Assembly: GCA_049320885.1 (NCBI GenBank) | Contig: JBMORA010000047.1 | Span: 1-64,000, forward strand | Length of the DNA stretch: 64,000 nt | DNA from: Thermodesulfobacteriota bacterium | GTDB taxonomy: Bacteria > Desulfobacterota > Desulfobacteria > Desulfobacterales > SURF-7 | Direction of reading: 5' to 3' | In this document: piece by piece, positions 11,621 to 20,743 of the stretch | How the letters are laid out: each line of letters opens with the position of its first letter | Position numbering within the stretch: the first letter of the stretch is position 1 | The notes under the pieces: model-generated | The model's input: the letters and a program-made list of their open reading frames with translations, nothing else | Told to the model about the DNA's origin: nothing | Database searches by the model: none | Position numbers and translations under genes: made by a program

Positions 11621-12205
11621 ATGCCGATGGATGCAAAAATGATCAACCCCTTTCTGCAAGCCACGTTGGAGATCCTGCAGGAAGTGGCTTCGATTCAATT
11701 CAGGGTCGGGAAATTCTATGTAAAGACGGACGCGGTCGGCCGGGGCGACGTCACGGGGATTATCGGATTGACCGGCTCCGGTAAAGGGACGGTGGCGGTC
11801 ACGTTTGATGAAAAGATGATTTTAACCATCGTTTCCAAGATTCTTGACGAGGAGATGCGGGAGATCAACGATTTGGTCATAGACGCCGCCGGAGAACTGA
11901 CCAATATGATCACCGGCCGCGTCGTGGACAAGCTGGCCAGAAACGGATTCGATCTGATGTTGTCGGTGCCCACCGTGGTGCATGGGACCAATCATCGGGT
12001 GGTCCATCATACCAAAGGGCCAAAAATCGCCATCCCCTTCTCGGCTGCCCACGGCCGGTTCGTCGTGGAGTTCTCGTTTGACAGGGAGCCGGATTTCAGT
12101 CAGCCGGAATCCGGGGAAGCATCGCCGGAAATAAAAGCGGAAACACCGGCAGCCGCTGCGGACGGCAAGGCACCGGTCAATTGGGGCACGCCCTCATCGG
12201 ATTGA
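11621..12205 (+). CDS. cheX: Chemotaxis phosphatase CheX with a low-complexity C-terminal tail
   Basis: INPFLQAT, GDVTGIIGLTG, DAAGELTNMITG (ExxN), PTVVHG. Confidence 0.9.
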   Translation: MPMDAKMINPFLQATLEILQEVASIQFRVGKFYVKTDAVGRGDVTGIIGLTGSGKGTVAVTFDEKMILTIVSKILDEEMREINDLVIDAAGELTNMITGRVVDKLARNGFDLMLSVPTVVHGTNHRVVHHTKGPKIAIPFSAAHGRFVVEFSFDREPDFSQPESGEASPEIKAETPAAAADGKAPVNWGTPSSD

Positions 12206-12235
12206 TTCGACCAATCCGGCTGACCAATCCGGGAG

Positions 12236-12940
12236 TCAATCGAAATTTCCGGAAAGGGAATAACTGAAATTCTGTTCCGGGTTGGTTATGAGGAGGGAAA
12301 TCGCCCGCGAATCCCCGGATGCGTCCACGGTGACGATGTGTTCCTGGGTCTGAATGGTGGCGGCCGTTGCGGTATCCACCGTGGTGGAGGCTATTACGAT
12401 GTTGGCCAGACCGCTGCCGGCGTCCTCCAGAGACCAGGTGCCTGAAATTCTGGTATTGTTGTTGCCAAGCCAGGTGGTGATCGACCCGTGGTCGCCGATG
12501 ATGCCGGAAGCCGGGATCTGCGAGACGACCTCCGGAGTATAGGTTACCGGCTCCGATACTTTCCGGAAAGGGGTGTCGATATCCGTCATGTAGGTGGTTT
12601 CCAGAAAAGTGACGGTCCCACCGCTGCTGGTCTGGGTCAGGCTCAGGGTTGTAACGATTGGTATCACTGTCTGCCCGTCCAATTCAGTCGCCTGAAGTGT
12701 TTCGGTTTCGTAGGTGCCGGTATATTGTTCGCCGTCCGAGTCATTGCCCTGGATCGAGGCGGTTTCCGTGAAACCGGCCTCCAGCAATTGCGGACTGTAC
12801 AGATGATAGGAGGTGGAAGTGGTCTTCGGCGAGGATGGATCATCGGAACTGTCGCTGCTGCATCCGGTGAAGAGCAGGGACAGGAAGACGATGACAATCC
12901 ACAACGGCCCAATGCCTGTCAGACGTGGTTTTTGTAACAT
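12236..12940 (-). CDS. Hypothetical lipoprotein, Thr/Ser-rich
   Basis: Signal peptide with lipobox LFTG-C followed by SSDSSDD; GGAGG RBS upstream of the ATG at 12940. Confidence 0.7.
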   Translation of the reverse strand: MLQKPRLTGIGPLWIVIVFLSLLFTGCSSDSSDDPSSPKTTSTSYHLYSPQLLEAGFTETASIQGNDSDGEQYTGTYETETLQATELDGQTVIPIVTTLSLTQTSSGGTVTFLETTYMTDIDTPFRKVSEPVTYTPEVVSQIPASGIIGDHGSITTWLGNNNTRISGTWSLEDAGSGLANIVIASTTVDTATAATIQTQEHIVTVDASGDSRAISLLITNPEQNFSYSLSGNFD

Positions 12941-13000
12941 GTCCATGATCCTCCAAATTGAGAGAGCTACTTTTCTACCAGCAATGTGGATGAATGTCAA

Positions 13001-13036
13001 CAGCCGCGCTACCAGCCGCGCTACCAGCCGCGCTAC
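13001..13036. repeat. Perfect tandem repeat (CAGCCGCGCTAC)x3
   Basis: Three identical 12-bp units read directly from the intergenic sequence. Confidence 0.95.
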
Positions 13037-13102
13037 CGGCGGCGGACGGTCCCGCACGTGGCGGCAGCAGGGGGGGGGCAAAGCGCGCCATCTTTGAAAA
13101 AT

Positions 13103-13121
13103 TGTGTAAATTTTTTCCATA
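13103..13121 (+). promoter_or_regulatory. Candidate enhancer (bEBP, PrsR-type box) for the PEP-CTERM gene
   Basis: TGTGTAAATTTTTTCCATA about 140 bp upstream of a sigma54 site; resembles the upstream box of PEP-CTERM genes. Confidence 0.45.
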
Positions 13122-13258
13122 TGTTTCATATAGTACCTATTTTTATGAAATTCATTTCCTGAATGGCTCGGCTGAAACCGATTTTCCGGGGAGGGGTATT
13201 TTTGATAATCCGCTGTAATCAAATTAAATACAATATCGCCAATAATCCTGTATGGTTT

Positions 13259-13273
13259 TGGAATATGAATTGC
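13259..13273 (+). promoter_or_regulatory. sigma54 promoter (-24/-12)
   Basis: TGGAATATGAATTGC, exact GG-N10-GC spacing, upstream of a PEP-CTERM gene. Confidence 0.7.
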
Positions 13274-13404
13274 ATAGGGTATTACACATCTGTAGATACC
13301 TGTGAAAAAAATGTGTGTGAAACAGGCGGGCTGACAAGGTTCTCAAACAGCCGCGGTCAGAGAAGTGAATCATTAGATTTATGAAAACAAAAAGGAGCAT
13401 CCTT

Positions 13405-14028
13405 ATGCGAAAAGTATATATTTTACACGTATTGTTATCGTTTTTCCTCTTATCCGGCGTTTGTTCCGCGACCATCATTACCGGTCCCCTGGCGGTTGAT
13501 TTTCGAAATATGAGCTGGGCCGGGGCAAACGGTCAGGCCAGTTACTCGGTGGGTCCGGTGACCGCCGTGGCAGGACCGGGTGAAGACACCCTCTATCAGG
13601 ACGGGGTCGACGGCTTGGGGATATTGGGCGGAGAACCGGACGAGATCAATGCCGGAGAAATATTGGCGATTGTGTTCAACACGCCGCTCCCCCTCTCCGG
13701 GGTGTGGATCACCGATCTGTTCGCCGGCCCGGATGGGGGCAACGGTGAGACCGGGCAGGTGACCGTATTTAATACCGGCGCAGGTCCCAGTATATTCCCA
13801 TTTTGGGGAAATAACGCGGACCAGGGTAACGGCGAAATTTTCGTGGATTTCGGCGGTAATATCCTCTTGGATGGAGCGATCTTTGAAATTACCGGGGAAC
13901 AAACCAACAATGAGTTTTCCGTGGCGGGATTCACGGTCGCCCCGGTTCCCGAACCGGCCACGATTCTGATGATCGGTTGCGGGCTTATTGGTCTCGCCGG
14001 AATCGGCAGAAAAAAGGTGCGCCTCTAA
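13405..14028 (+). CDS. PEP-CTERM sorting-domain surface protein
   Basis: N-terminal signal peptide; C-terminal VPEPAT, TM helix and basic RKKVRL tail; AAGGAG RBS. Confidence 0.93.
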   Translation: MRKVYILHVLLSFFLLSGVCSATIITGPLAVDFRNMSWAGANGQASYSVGPVTAVAGPGEDTLYQDGVDGLGILGGEPDEINAGEILAIVFNTPLPLSGVWITDLFAGPDGGNGETGQVTVFNTGAGPSIFPFWGNNADQGNGEIFVDFGGNILLDGAIFEITGEQTNNEFSVAGFTVAPVPEPATILMIGCGLIGLAGIGRKKVRL

Positions 14029-14058
14029 AATCGAAATCTTGGCCCATCATCCGTTTCA

Positions 14059-14105
14059 AAACAGGCGGGATGACCGGAAAGGTCATCCCGCCTGTTTGCT
14101 TTTTT
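14059..14105 (+). terminator. Intrinsic terminator with a 17-bp perfect stem
   Basis: AAACAGGCGGGATGACC-GGAAA-GGTCATCCCGCCTGTTT followed by a T tract, between convergent genes. Confidence 0.85.
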
Positions 14106-14133
14106 AGGGCTGCGGGTTTTGTCTGCCGTCTCT

Positions 14134-15183
14134 TCATGACGTGCGGAAACCGACCAAATGCTGGTAAATGGATGTACACGTGAGTTTGATGATGCTGGCC
14201 GCGGGAACGGATACGATCATGCCCAGAATGCCGCCGATCTCCGCCCCGATGATGATGACGACGATGACGATCACAGCGTGGAGATTGACGATTTTGGCCA
14301 CGACAAGGGGTACGATGATGACGGCATCGATCAACTGCGCCAGGGAATAGATGCCCGCAACCAAGAGCAGGTCCGCTGCCGAGCGGTTGTCCATGACCGC
14401 TGCCAGAAAGGCCGGAACAGCTCCGATGATCGGTCCGAGATAGGGGATCAGATTCAATAGCCCGGCGAATACGGACAAGAAAAGAGCATAGGGATAGTCC
14501 AGCAGCACTAGGCCGGCCCAGATCATCAGGGTTACAATGGCGGATTCCAGCAGTCTTGCACGGATGAATCCACCTATTTGGGTGCTGATCTGGTATTGCA
14601 GGTTCAGCGCTGTTTCAAAAATGGTGTTGGGCACGATGGCGATCAACTGTTTGGCGGCCGACCGGCCGTCCATCAGCATGAAGAAAGCGAAGACCGGGGC
14701 GATGATCAGGGTGGACAGGGATGTCGCCACGATCCCCGAGAGATCCCGGAACAGGTAATCAAAGACCGCCTGCATGACGTGAATGCCGCCTTCATCCGGA
14801 TGACGGAAGAGGTGATTTTTCAGCGGAGCGGGAAGATTGTTCGTCAGGTCGGTGAATAACTGCCGGATGCCTTCCATGTATGCGGGCAGTTCCCCCTGCA
14901 GGCGGCCGAGCTGCCTGCCGGCGGCCGGAACACCGAACCAGACGGCGACTCCGGTCAGGACGCCGATGGCCAGATACAGGCACAATACGGCCGTGGAGCG
15001 GGTCATTCCAGCCCGTTCCAGTGCGTCGGCAACGGGAGAAAGCAGATAGGTGAGAACCAACGCCAGCACGAACGTCAATAACAGATTGTCGATGAAGATA
15101 ACGATCAAGAGGGTCAGGGACAGGATCAGGGCAACGGTGAACATGCGGACCGCTCGTTCCGCGGCAAGGCTGGAAACCGTCAT
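14134..15183 (-). CDS. AI-2E (PerM/TqsA) family transporter
   Basis: YLLSPVAD.LE, FFMLMDG, LNLIPYLGP, GILGMIVSVP; highly hydrophobic. Confidence 0.88.
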   Translation of the reverse strand: MTVSSLAAERAVRMFTVALILSLTLLIVIFIDNLLLTFVLALVLTYLLSPVADALERAGMTRSTAVLCLYLAIGVLTGVAVWFGVPAAGRQLGRLQGELPAYMEGIRQLFTDLTNNLPAPLKNHLFRHPDEGGIHVMQAVFDYLFRDLSGIVATSLSTLIIAPVFAFFMLMDGRSAAKQLIAIVPNTIFETALNLQYQISTQIGGFIRARLLESAIVTLMIWAGLVLLDYPYALFLSVFAGLLNLIPYLGPIIGAVPAFLAAVMDNRSAADLLLVAGIYSLAQLIDAVIIVPLVVAKIVNLHAVIVIVVIIIGAEIGGILGMIVSVPAASIIKLTCTSIYQHLVGFRTS

Positions 15184-15725
15184 TTCGCCGTTTCGCCTTT
15201 CAGCAGATGGAGCTCTTCATTCAGCCGCGCCATTTTCCCGGTTGTATCGATCAGGCGCTGGGCCAGAACTTCACTGAGTCCCAGCAGGATTTTCACGCCC
15301 GTGGCCGGCCTTCGTTCCAGGATTTCGAGCAGATCCGGTTTGAAAAAGCCGATCAGGCGGGTATCCGTTACCGCCCGGGCGTTGGCGCTGCGGGTTCCGT
15401 TTTCTTCCACCAGGGCCAGTTCGCCGAAAAAATCATCCGGGCCGAGCCGGGTGACCAATGTCTCGTCCGCTTGATTGGAAACGTCGGAGTTCTGGACGGC
15501 GGTGGTGATGTCGACCGTGCCTTCGGCGATGATATACATTCCGAAACCGATTTCGCCCTGGCGGAATACCGTTTCGCCGTTGTGGTAATGCCTGATATGC
15601 AGAATATTGGTCACAAACCGCAGGTCTTTCGGGCTGAGTTCCTTGAACAGCATATTGGCTTTCAGGATGGTCCGGATATCTTTCTTGCCTTTGCCGGCAA
15701 CATTCGCCCACAGTGATTGCAGCAT
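15180..15725 (-). CDS. Stand-alone cyclic nucleotide-binding domain protein
   Basis: VFRQGE.G..MYII..G.V and FFGELAL....RSA phosphate-binding cassette; no C-terminal HTH seen. Confidence 0.85.
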   Translation of the reverse strand: MLQSLWANVAGKGKKDIRTILKANMLFKELSPKDLRFVTNILHIRHYHNGETVFRQGEIGFGMYIIAEGTVDITTAVQNSDVSNQADETLVTRLGPDDFFGELALVEENGTRSANARAVTDTRLIGFFKPDLLEILERRPATGVKILLGLSEVLAQRLIDTTGKMARLNEELHLLKGETAK

Positions 15726-15993
15726 GACGCCTCGATCCGCATCGGGGGATAGGGAGAAAAGTCGGTTTTCCTGTTACCGATTTCTCCGGCATCATATCAT
15801 GGAACTGGAAGAAAAGGAATAGCCTGAAATCGATTCCAGATCAATTCCAGATCAGTTGCAACTTGCAGACAAAACGAAAGAAACATGACGTTTGACAGAA
15901 TCGGACGGATGGTCTAATAATCGAATCTTTCAGGAAAGCTGTCTAATCAGGCCGCCGGTCATGATGCTGGCGGGCGGCTCAGGAGGAACTTCC

Positions 15994-16401
15994 ATGACCA
16001 AACCGTATGATCACCGGATCCGTTACCGGGTGGAGAGTGCCGATATCGTTGACCCGAATGTGCTGGATCCGATCGAGTATCAGTATCATGCCAAGCGGGA
16101 CATCGATATTGCCATCCGGCAGCCGGAATATACGTCCGTTTGTCCCATGACCGGTCTTCCGGATACGGGATGCATAACCATTCAATACCGGCCCAACCGG
16201 AAAATTGTTGAACTGAAATCCTTGAAATATTATTTGCTTCAATACCGGAATGTGGGGATTTTTTATGAACACGTGGTCAACCGGATTCTGGATGATCTGG
16301 TGAAAGTGGTCCAGCCCAAGACCATGACCGTCACCGGGGAGTTTACCGCCCGCGGCGGCATTACATCAACGGTCACCGCCGCTTATAAGGAGAAGGAATG
16401 A
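15994..16401 (+). CDS. queF: preQ0 reductase QueF (type I)
   Basis: EYTSVCPMTGLPD, VELKSLKYY, F.ARGGI; AGGAGG RBS. Confidence 0.95.
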   Translation: MTKPYDHRIRYRVESADIVDPNVLDPIEYQYHAKRDIDIAIRQPEYTSVCPMTGLPDTGCITIQYRPNRKIVELKSLKYYLLQYRNVGIFYEHVVNRILDDLVKVVQPKTMTVTGEFTARGGITSTVTAAYKEKE

Positions 16402-17360
16402 GACATCTCGGGATACGAATCGGTTCCTTGGGAAACCGCGGGGCATGGGGTCGGGTTCTCGCCGTCGCTGTCGCCCTGTTCTGCCTTGCCGGGTGCTATG
16501 CGGCCATGGCGGAGAGAGACGCCAGAACCCTGACCGGTGATTTGGAAACCGAGGAAAACAGCGTCCTGCAGACGATCTGGGTCCTGGAATTCTCCAATAA
16601 GTCCTTCCTTGCGGACCGGGAAGTGGAAACAACCATGCAGCGAATGCTGCTGGATGAATGTGCCGCGAACTGCCATCCGATTTCATTCCAGGAGGATCGG
16701 GAAGGGAATCGGCTCGACATCCCCCGGCTATCCTCGGGGGAAATAGACAATTACGGTCTGGCTCTGGCGAGCCGCGGAAAGGGCGCTGGCGCCGTTCTCA
16801 GCGGTGTGATAACCGATATCCGCGGCGAGGAGGAGTCTCTCGGTTTCTGGTGGTTTGAAGAGAAAGTCCGGTCGGCGGTGGTCAACCTGAATATCGTGCT
16901 GCTCGATTCGGAAACCGGGGCGAAACTGCTGGATGACAACTACAACGCCGAAAGCGAGATCACCGCCAGGCAATATAAACGCCTGAAAGCGGGGGACAGA
17001 TCGCTTGAACTGCCACTGATCGCGGACGCCATGAAGCAGGTAGCGGCGGATGCCGGAGAAGCCCTATGTGAAACGCTGAGAACTCACCCCGCCAAGTTTT
17101 TCCCGGCCGGCATGTCCGGCAACAGCCTGCGGCTGACGGCCGGACGGAATGCCGGGCTGGAGAAGGGAATCGAGCTGGATGCGTATCAACACGGTGACGT
17201 CATGACCGGCAAGGACGGCCAGCGGTTTGCCATTCCGGGGACCAGGACCGGAACAGTCAGAATCCTGTCCGTCACGGAGAGCGAAGCCGCGGCCGAGATC
17301 ATTTCCGGCACCGTTCCCGATGCATCCGTATGCCTCAAACCGAAAGTGGACTGGGAATAA
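16398..17360 (+). CDS. Exported protein, FlgT/CsgG-like
   Basis: Signal peptide; V.LLDSETGAKL middle region and AG.NAGL..G C-terminal region reminiscent of FlgT-type proteins; ATGA overlap with queF. Confidence 0.5.
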   Translation: MRHLGIRIGSLGNRGAWGRVLAVAVALFCLAGCYAAMAERDARTLTGDLETEENSVLQTIWVLEFSNKSFLADREVETTMQRMLLDECAANCHPISFQEDREGNRLDIPRLSSGEIDNYGLALASRGKGAGAVLSGVITDIRGEEESLGFWWFEEKVRSAVVNLNIVLLDSETGAKLLDDNYNAESEITARQYKRLKAGDRSLELPLIADAMKQVAADAGEALCETLRTHPAKFFPAGMSGNSLRLTAGRNAGLEKGIELDAYQHGDVMTGKDGQRFAIPGTRTGTVRILSVTESEAAAEIISGTVPDASVCLKPKVDWE

Positions 17361-17364
17361 GAAC

Positions 17365-19368
17365 CTAAATCTCCCTTCCGGCTTTGAATCCCTGATGGAC
17401 CGCATCGATGGCCTGGGCCACCCGCAGGGCGTCTCCGGCGACGAGATGCCGGATTCCTTTCTGTTGCAGCAGCTCCGCCAAAGGGTTGTGGGATCTGGAA
17501 CCCACGGCCAGAACCACGGTGTCGGCTGCGATTTCCCGGGTTCCACCGGGCTCTTCGATTTTTATTCCAGCGGCGGTGATCTCCAGGGCCTTGGTGGCGG
17601 TCAGTCGGGTGATGGCGCTGCGGTCCATGTCCTGGAACATGCTCCATTTGGTGGAGCGGCCGATATCCTTGCCCACGGCTTCCAGCATTTCAATCAGAAC
17701 GATCTCCTTCGTCCCCCTGGTGGCCAGCCGGTAAAGCGCTTCCGGATCTTCCGCCCGGTTGACCAGCAGAAATTTCACCGCGTCCCCGGAAAGCGTGCCC
17801 TTCTCCGCAAGAAACAACGCCGTTTCCACTCCCACGGCGCCGCCGCCGACGATGACGACCCGTTTGCCCGCATGGACTTTGTTTTGCAGCACATCCCAGG
17901 CCTGCACGACATGGGGAAGGTCCGCTCCCGGGATGGGAGGGGCAATGGGTGTCGCACCCGTGGCGACGATGACCGCCGCCGGTTTTTCCGCGTCGAGCAG
18001 TTTTTCATCCACCGGCTGCTTCAGCCGCACGGTAACGGAACTGAGGGCGATCTGTTTTTCCAGGTCCCTGGCCAGGGCGGCGAATTCCTCCCGGCCCGGA
18101 GGGGCGGCCGCCAGATAGAGCTGGCCGCCCAGGCGATCGCTTTTTTCATACAGGATGACCTGATGACCGCATTCGGCGGCGGAGAGGGCTGCGCTCATTC
18201 CGGCGGCGCCGCCGCCGACCACCATCACTTTTTTGGGGGTTCCGCTAATACTGATCCGGCATTCCTTTTCGCGGCCGGCTTTCGGGTTGCAGAGACATTC
18301 CACGGCCTTCAGCTTGAACAGATTGTCGAAACATCCCTGGGCGCAGGCGATACAGTGGACAATTTCATCGTCACGGCCGCTGCGCGCCTTTTCCGGCAGG
18401 AAGGGATCGGCGATCAGGCTGCGTCCCATGGCCACCATGTCGCACATGCCGTCGCTGATGAGTTCCCGGGCCGTCAGGGGATCATTGATCCGGTGGCTCG
18501 CGATCACCGGCACGCTTACCAACTCCTTGATGCCTCTTGACAGATAGGCGAATACCCCCCTGGGTACCGAGGTGACGATCTGGGGAACCCGGGCCTCGTG
18601 CCAGCCGACATTGATGCACAGCGCATCGACGCCGGCCTGTTCCACCAGGGCCTTGGCGTATTGCTGCAATTCCAGGCGCCCCTGCCCCCCGGGCATGAAA
18701 TCGTTACCGTTCATGCGCACCAGCGTGGGATAGTCCGGGCCGACTTTTTTCCGGATGGCCTGCATGACTTCCAGGCCGAAGCGCATGCGGTTTTCCAGAC
18801 TGCCGCCGTATTCATCCTCCCGTTTGTTGGTCAGGGGGGAGAGGAATTCACTGATCAGGTAACCGGTGCCGCTCAGGACCTCCACGGCGTCGTATCCGGC
18901 CTGCTGAACCCGCAGGGCGGCCGCCGCGAAATTCCCGATGATGCCGTGGATTTCCTCCCGGGTCAGTTCCCTGGGGGTTTCCTTGGTCATGCGCGAGGCA
19001 ATGGGGGAGGGGGCCACCGGTTGTTTGCCGTTGAGGAAAAACGAAAAATTATAGCGACCGGCATGATTCAGCTGCACCGCCGAGCGGGCGCCGTTATCCT
19101 TGATGGCCGCCGCCAGCCGCGCCAGACCGGGGATATACTCGTCCTTGTGGGCTCCGATATTTTGTGTGTTGCCGGAAAGATCGTCCACCGTCGCATACCC
19201 TACGGTGATCATGCCGGCCCCTCCCCGGGCCCTTTCGGCGTAGAATTCCACGAGCCGGTCGGTCACCTCGAAATTCTCGGCCATGGCCAGGTGCATGGCC
19301 GGCAGATAAATCCGGTTTTTCACTTCCAGCTGGTTGATGCGAATCGGTTGGAACAATGGATCTTTCAT
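17365..19368 (-). CDS. Old-yellow-enzyme family NADH:flavin oxidoreductase (2,4-dienoyl-CoA reductase-like)
   Basis: ERARGG, QLNHAGR, GYLISEFLSP.TN.R.DEYGGS.ENR, CIACAQGC Fe-S motif, two GxGxxG motifs. Confidence 0.9.
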   Translation of the reverse strand: MKDPLFQPIRINQLEVKNRIYLPAMHLAMAENFEVTDRLVEFYAERARGGAGMITVGYATVDDLSGNTQNIGAHKDEYIPGLARLAAAIKDNGARSAVQLNHAGRYNFSFFLNGKQPVAPSPIASRMTKETPRELTREEIHGIIGNFAAAALRVQQAGYDAVEVLSGTGYLISEFLSPLTNKREDEYGGSLENRMRFGLEVMQAIRKKVGPDYPTLVRMNGNDFMPGGQGRLELQQYAKALVEQAGVDALCINVGWHEARVPQIVTSVPRGVFAYLSRGIKELVSVPVIASHRINDPLTARELISDGMCDMVAMGRSLIADPFLPEKARSGRDDEIVHCIACAQGCFDNLFKLKAVECLCNPKAGREKECRISISGTPKKVMVVGGGAAGMSAALSAAECGHQVILYEKSDRLGGQLYLAAAPPGREEFAALARDLEKQIALSSVTVRLKQPVDEKLLDAEKPAAVIVATGATPIAPPIPGADLPHVVQAWDVLQNKVHAGKRVVIVGGGAVGVETALFLAEKGTLSGDAVKFLLVNRAEDPEALYRLATRGTKEIVLIEMLEAVGKDIGRSTKWSMFQDMDRSAITRLTATKALEITAAGIKIEEPGGTREIAADTVVLAVGSRSHNPLAELLQQKGIRHLVAGDALRVAQAIDAVHQGFKAGREI

Positions 19369-19399
19369 GAAGCCCCCTTTCGATGGAAAATTTTGTATA

Positions 19400-19807
19400 C
19401 TAAATAAAGTCCCGCAGCAGCCGTTTCAGGACAATGCGTTCCTCCATGCTGAAACCGTTCAGGATTTCATCGTTGGCCCGGGTTCGTTCCTGCATCAGTT
19501 GGCTCTCCATGGATCTGGCCTTGGGAGAAAGATGAATGCGCAGAATCCGTTTATCCCCCGGATCGGTTTGCTTGACGATCCAGTCGCCTTCCGAAAGGCG
19601 GTCCAGGACGCCGGAGACGGTGGCGTTATCGAGCACCAAACGTTTGGCGATCTCGCCGGCCGTCAGTCCGTCCTCTTCCCAGAGGACTTCCAGGATCAGG
19701 GCCTGGACGGATGTCAGTCCATACGGCTTAAGGCGATTTTTCAAATTGTTCTGCGATTTCTGGTAGGCCTTGGCCAGCAGAAACACGATGCAGTCGGAGT
19801 AGGTCAT
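19400..19807 (-). CDS. MarR family transcriptional regulator
   Basis: GLT..Q..IL..L, wHTH, DKR wing motif; 135 aa. Confidence 0.92.
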   Translation of the reverse strand: MTYSDCIVFLLAKAYQKSQNNLKNRLKPYGLTSVQALILEVLWEEDGLTAGEIAKRLVLDNATVSGVLDRLSEGDWIVKQTDPGDKRILRIHLSPKARSMESQLMQERTRANDEILNGFSMEERIVLKRLLRDFI

Positions 19808-19818
19808 GGGGTATTTCC

Positions 19819-19835
19819 TTTGTATGCTAAATAAA
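19819..19835. promoter_or_regulatory. Candidate MarR operator, with a second copy at 19392-19408
   Basis: TTTGTATGCTAAATAAA upstream of marR and TTTGTATACTAAATAAA upstream of the oxidoreductase (16/17 identical, pseudo-palindromic). Confidence 0.65.
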
Positions 19836-19926
19836 TCGGGCGGCCGGGGATGTCAAGCGGAAAACAGTGAAGAGCTGTCCCTTGAGGATTGACAAGCGGG
19901 GCCGGGGGGGCCTATACAGAATCTCT

Positions 19927-20736
19927 ATGAATCCAAAGACACAAGCGATCATCGCCAAGGTTCAGGTCAACATCCCGTTCCGCATGCTGGTGGAAACCCA
20001 TCTGGATCTCTTTATAAAGCTGGGCCTGAATCCGGAAATCGGGCTGGACGCCGATGCCCTGGACCATTTTTCCCGGAAGGAGTTCCAGGAAATCGCCGCT
20101 GCGTTTCAGCGGCAGGGACGCACCATCACCCTGCACGGCCCCTTCACCGATCTGTCGCCCGGTTCCCCGGATCCGGAAATCCTGGCCGTCACCCGCCGGC
20201 GGCTGGAGCAGCTTTCGGACCTGGTGCCGGTCTTCAAGCCTCTCACCGTGGTGTGCCACGCGGGGTATGATCCCCACCGGTACTCCTACATCCGGGAAGA
20301 ATGGCTGGCGGCGGCCCGGACCTTGTGGCAATGGGCCGGGGACCGGATCCGGTCCGCCGGGGCGCGCCTGATGCTGGAAAATGTGTATGAAAGCGAGGCG
20401 GAGGAGCTGAGGCCCCTGTTCGGGGATTCGGCCTTGCCGGGGATCGGGTTTTGTTTCGACGCCGGCCACCAGACCGTCTTCAGCAAAAAAACCATGGCTG
20501 CCTGGCTGGAAAAACTGGGGCCTTTTCTTGGGCAGCTGCATCTCCACGACAACATGGGCGATCGTGACGCCCATCTTCCCATGGGAAAAGGATGTATCGA
20601 TTTCCCGCTGTTGTTCCGCTACCTGGAACGGAATCATCTCCGGCCGGTGATCACCCTGGAGCCCCACGTGGAAGGCGATCTGTGGCAGAGCCTCGCCTAT
20701 CTGGAAAACCGGTGGCCCGGTTTTCCAGCAGAGTAA
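19927..20736 (+). CDS. Sugar phosphate isomerase/epimerase (AP endonuclease 2 TIM-barrel family)
   Basis: LHGPF.DL, LMLENV, FCFDAGH, HLHDN.G..D.HL..G.G, ITLE. Confidence 0.85.
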   Translation: MNPKTQAIIAKVQVNIPFRMLVETHLDLFIKLGLNPEIGLDADALDHFSRKEFQEIAAAFQRQGRTITLHGPFTDLSPGSPDPEILAVTRRRLEQLSDLVPVFKPLTVVCHAGYDPHRYSYIREEWLAAARTLWQWAGDRIRSAGARLMLENVYESEAEELRPLFGDSALPGIGFCFDAGHQTVFSKKTMAAWLEKLGPFLGQLHLHDNMGDRDAHLPMGKGCIDFPLLFRYLERNHLRPVITLEPHVEGDLWQSLAYLENRWPGFPAE

Positions 20737-20743
20737 ATCCGGT

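Noticed and set aside
15830..15993. preQ1 riboswitch upstream of queF
   Set aside because: No recognisable preQ1 hairpin with an A-rich tail.
17227..18540. Long antisense or alternate-frame ORFs (also 4080-5444, 23083-24621, 31420-32805, 36297-37622, 51848-52990, 60693-62114)
   Set aside because: Shadow ORFs expected from GC-rich codon usage opposite well-supported genes; no recognisable motifs.
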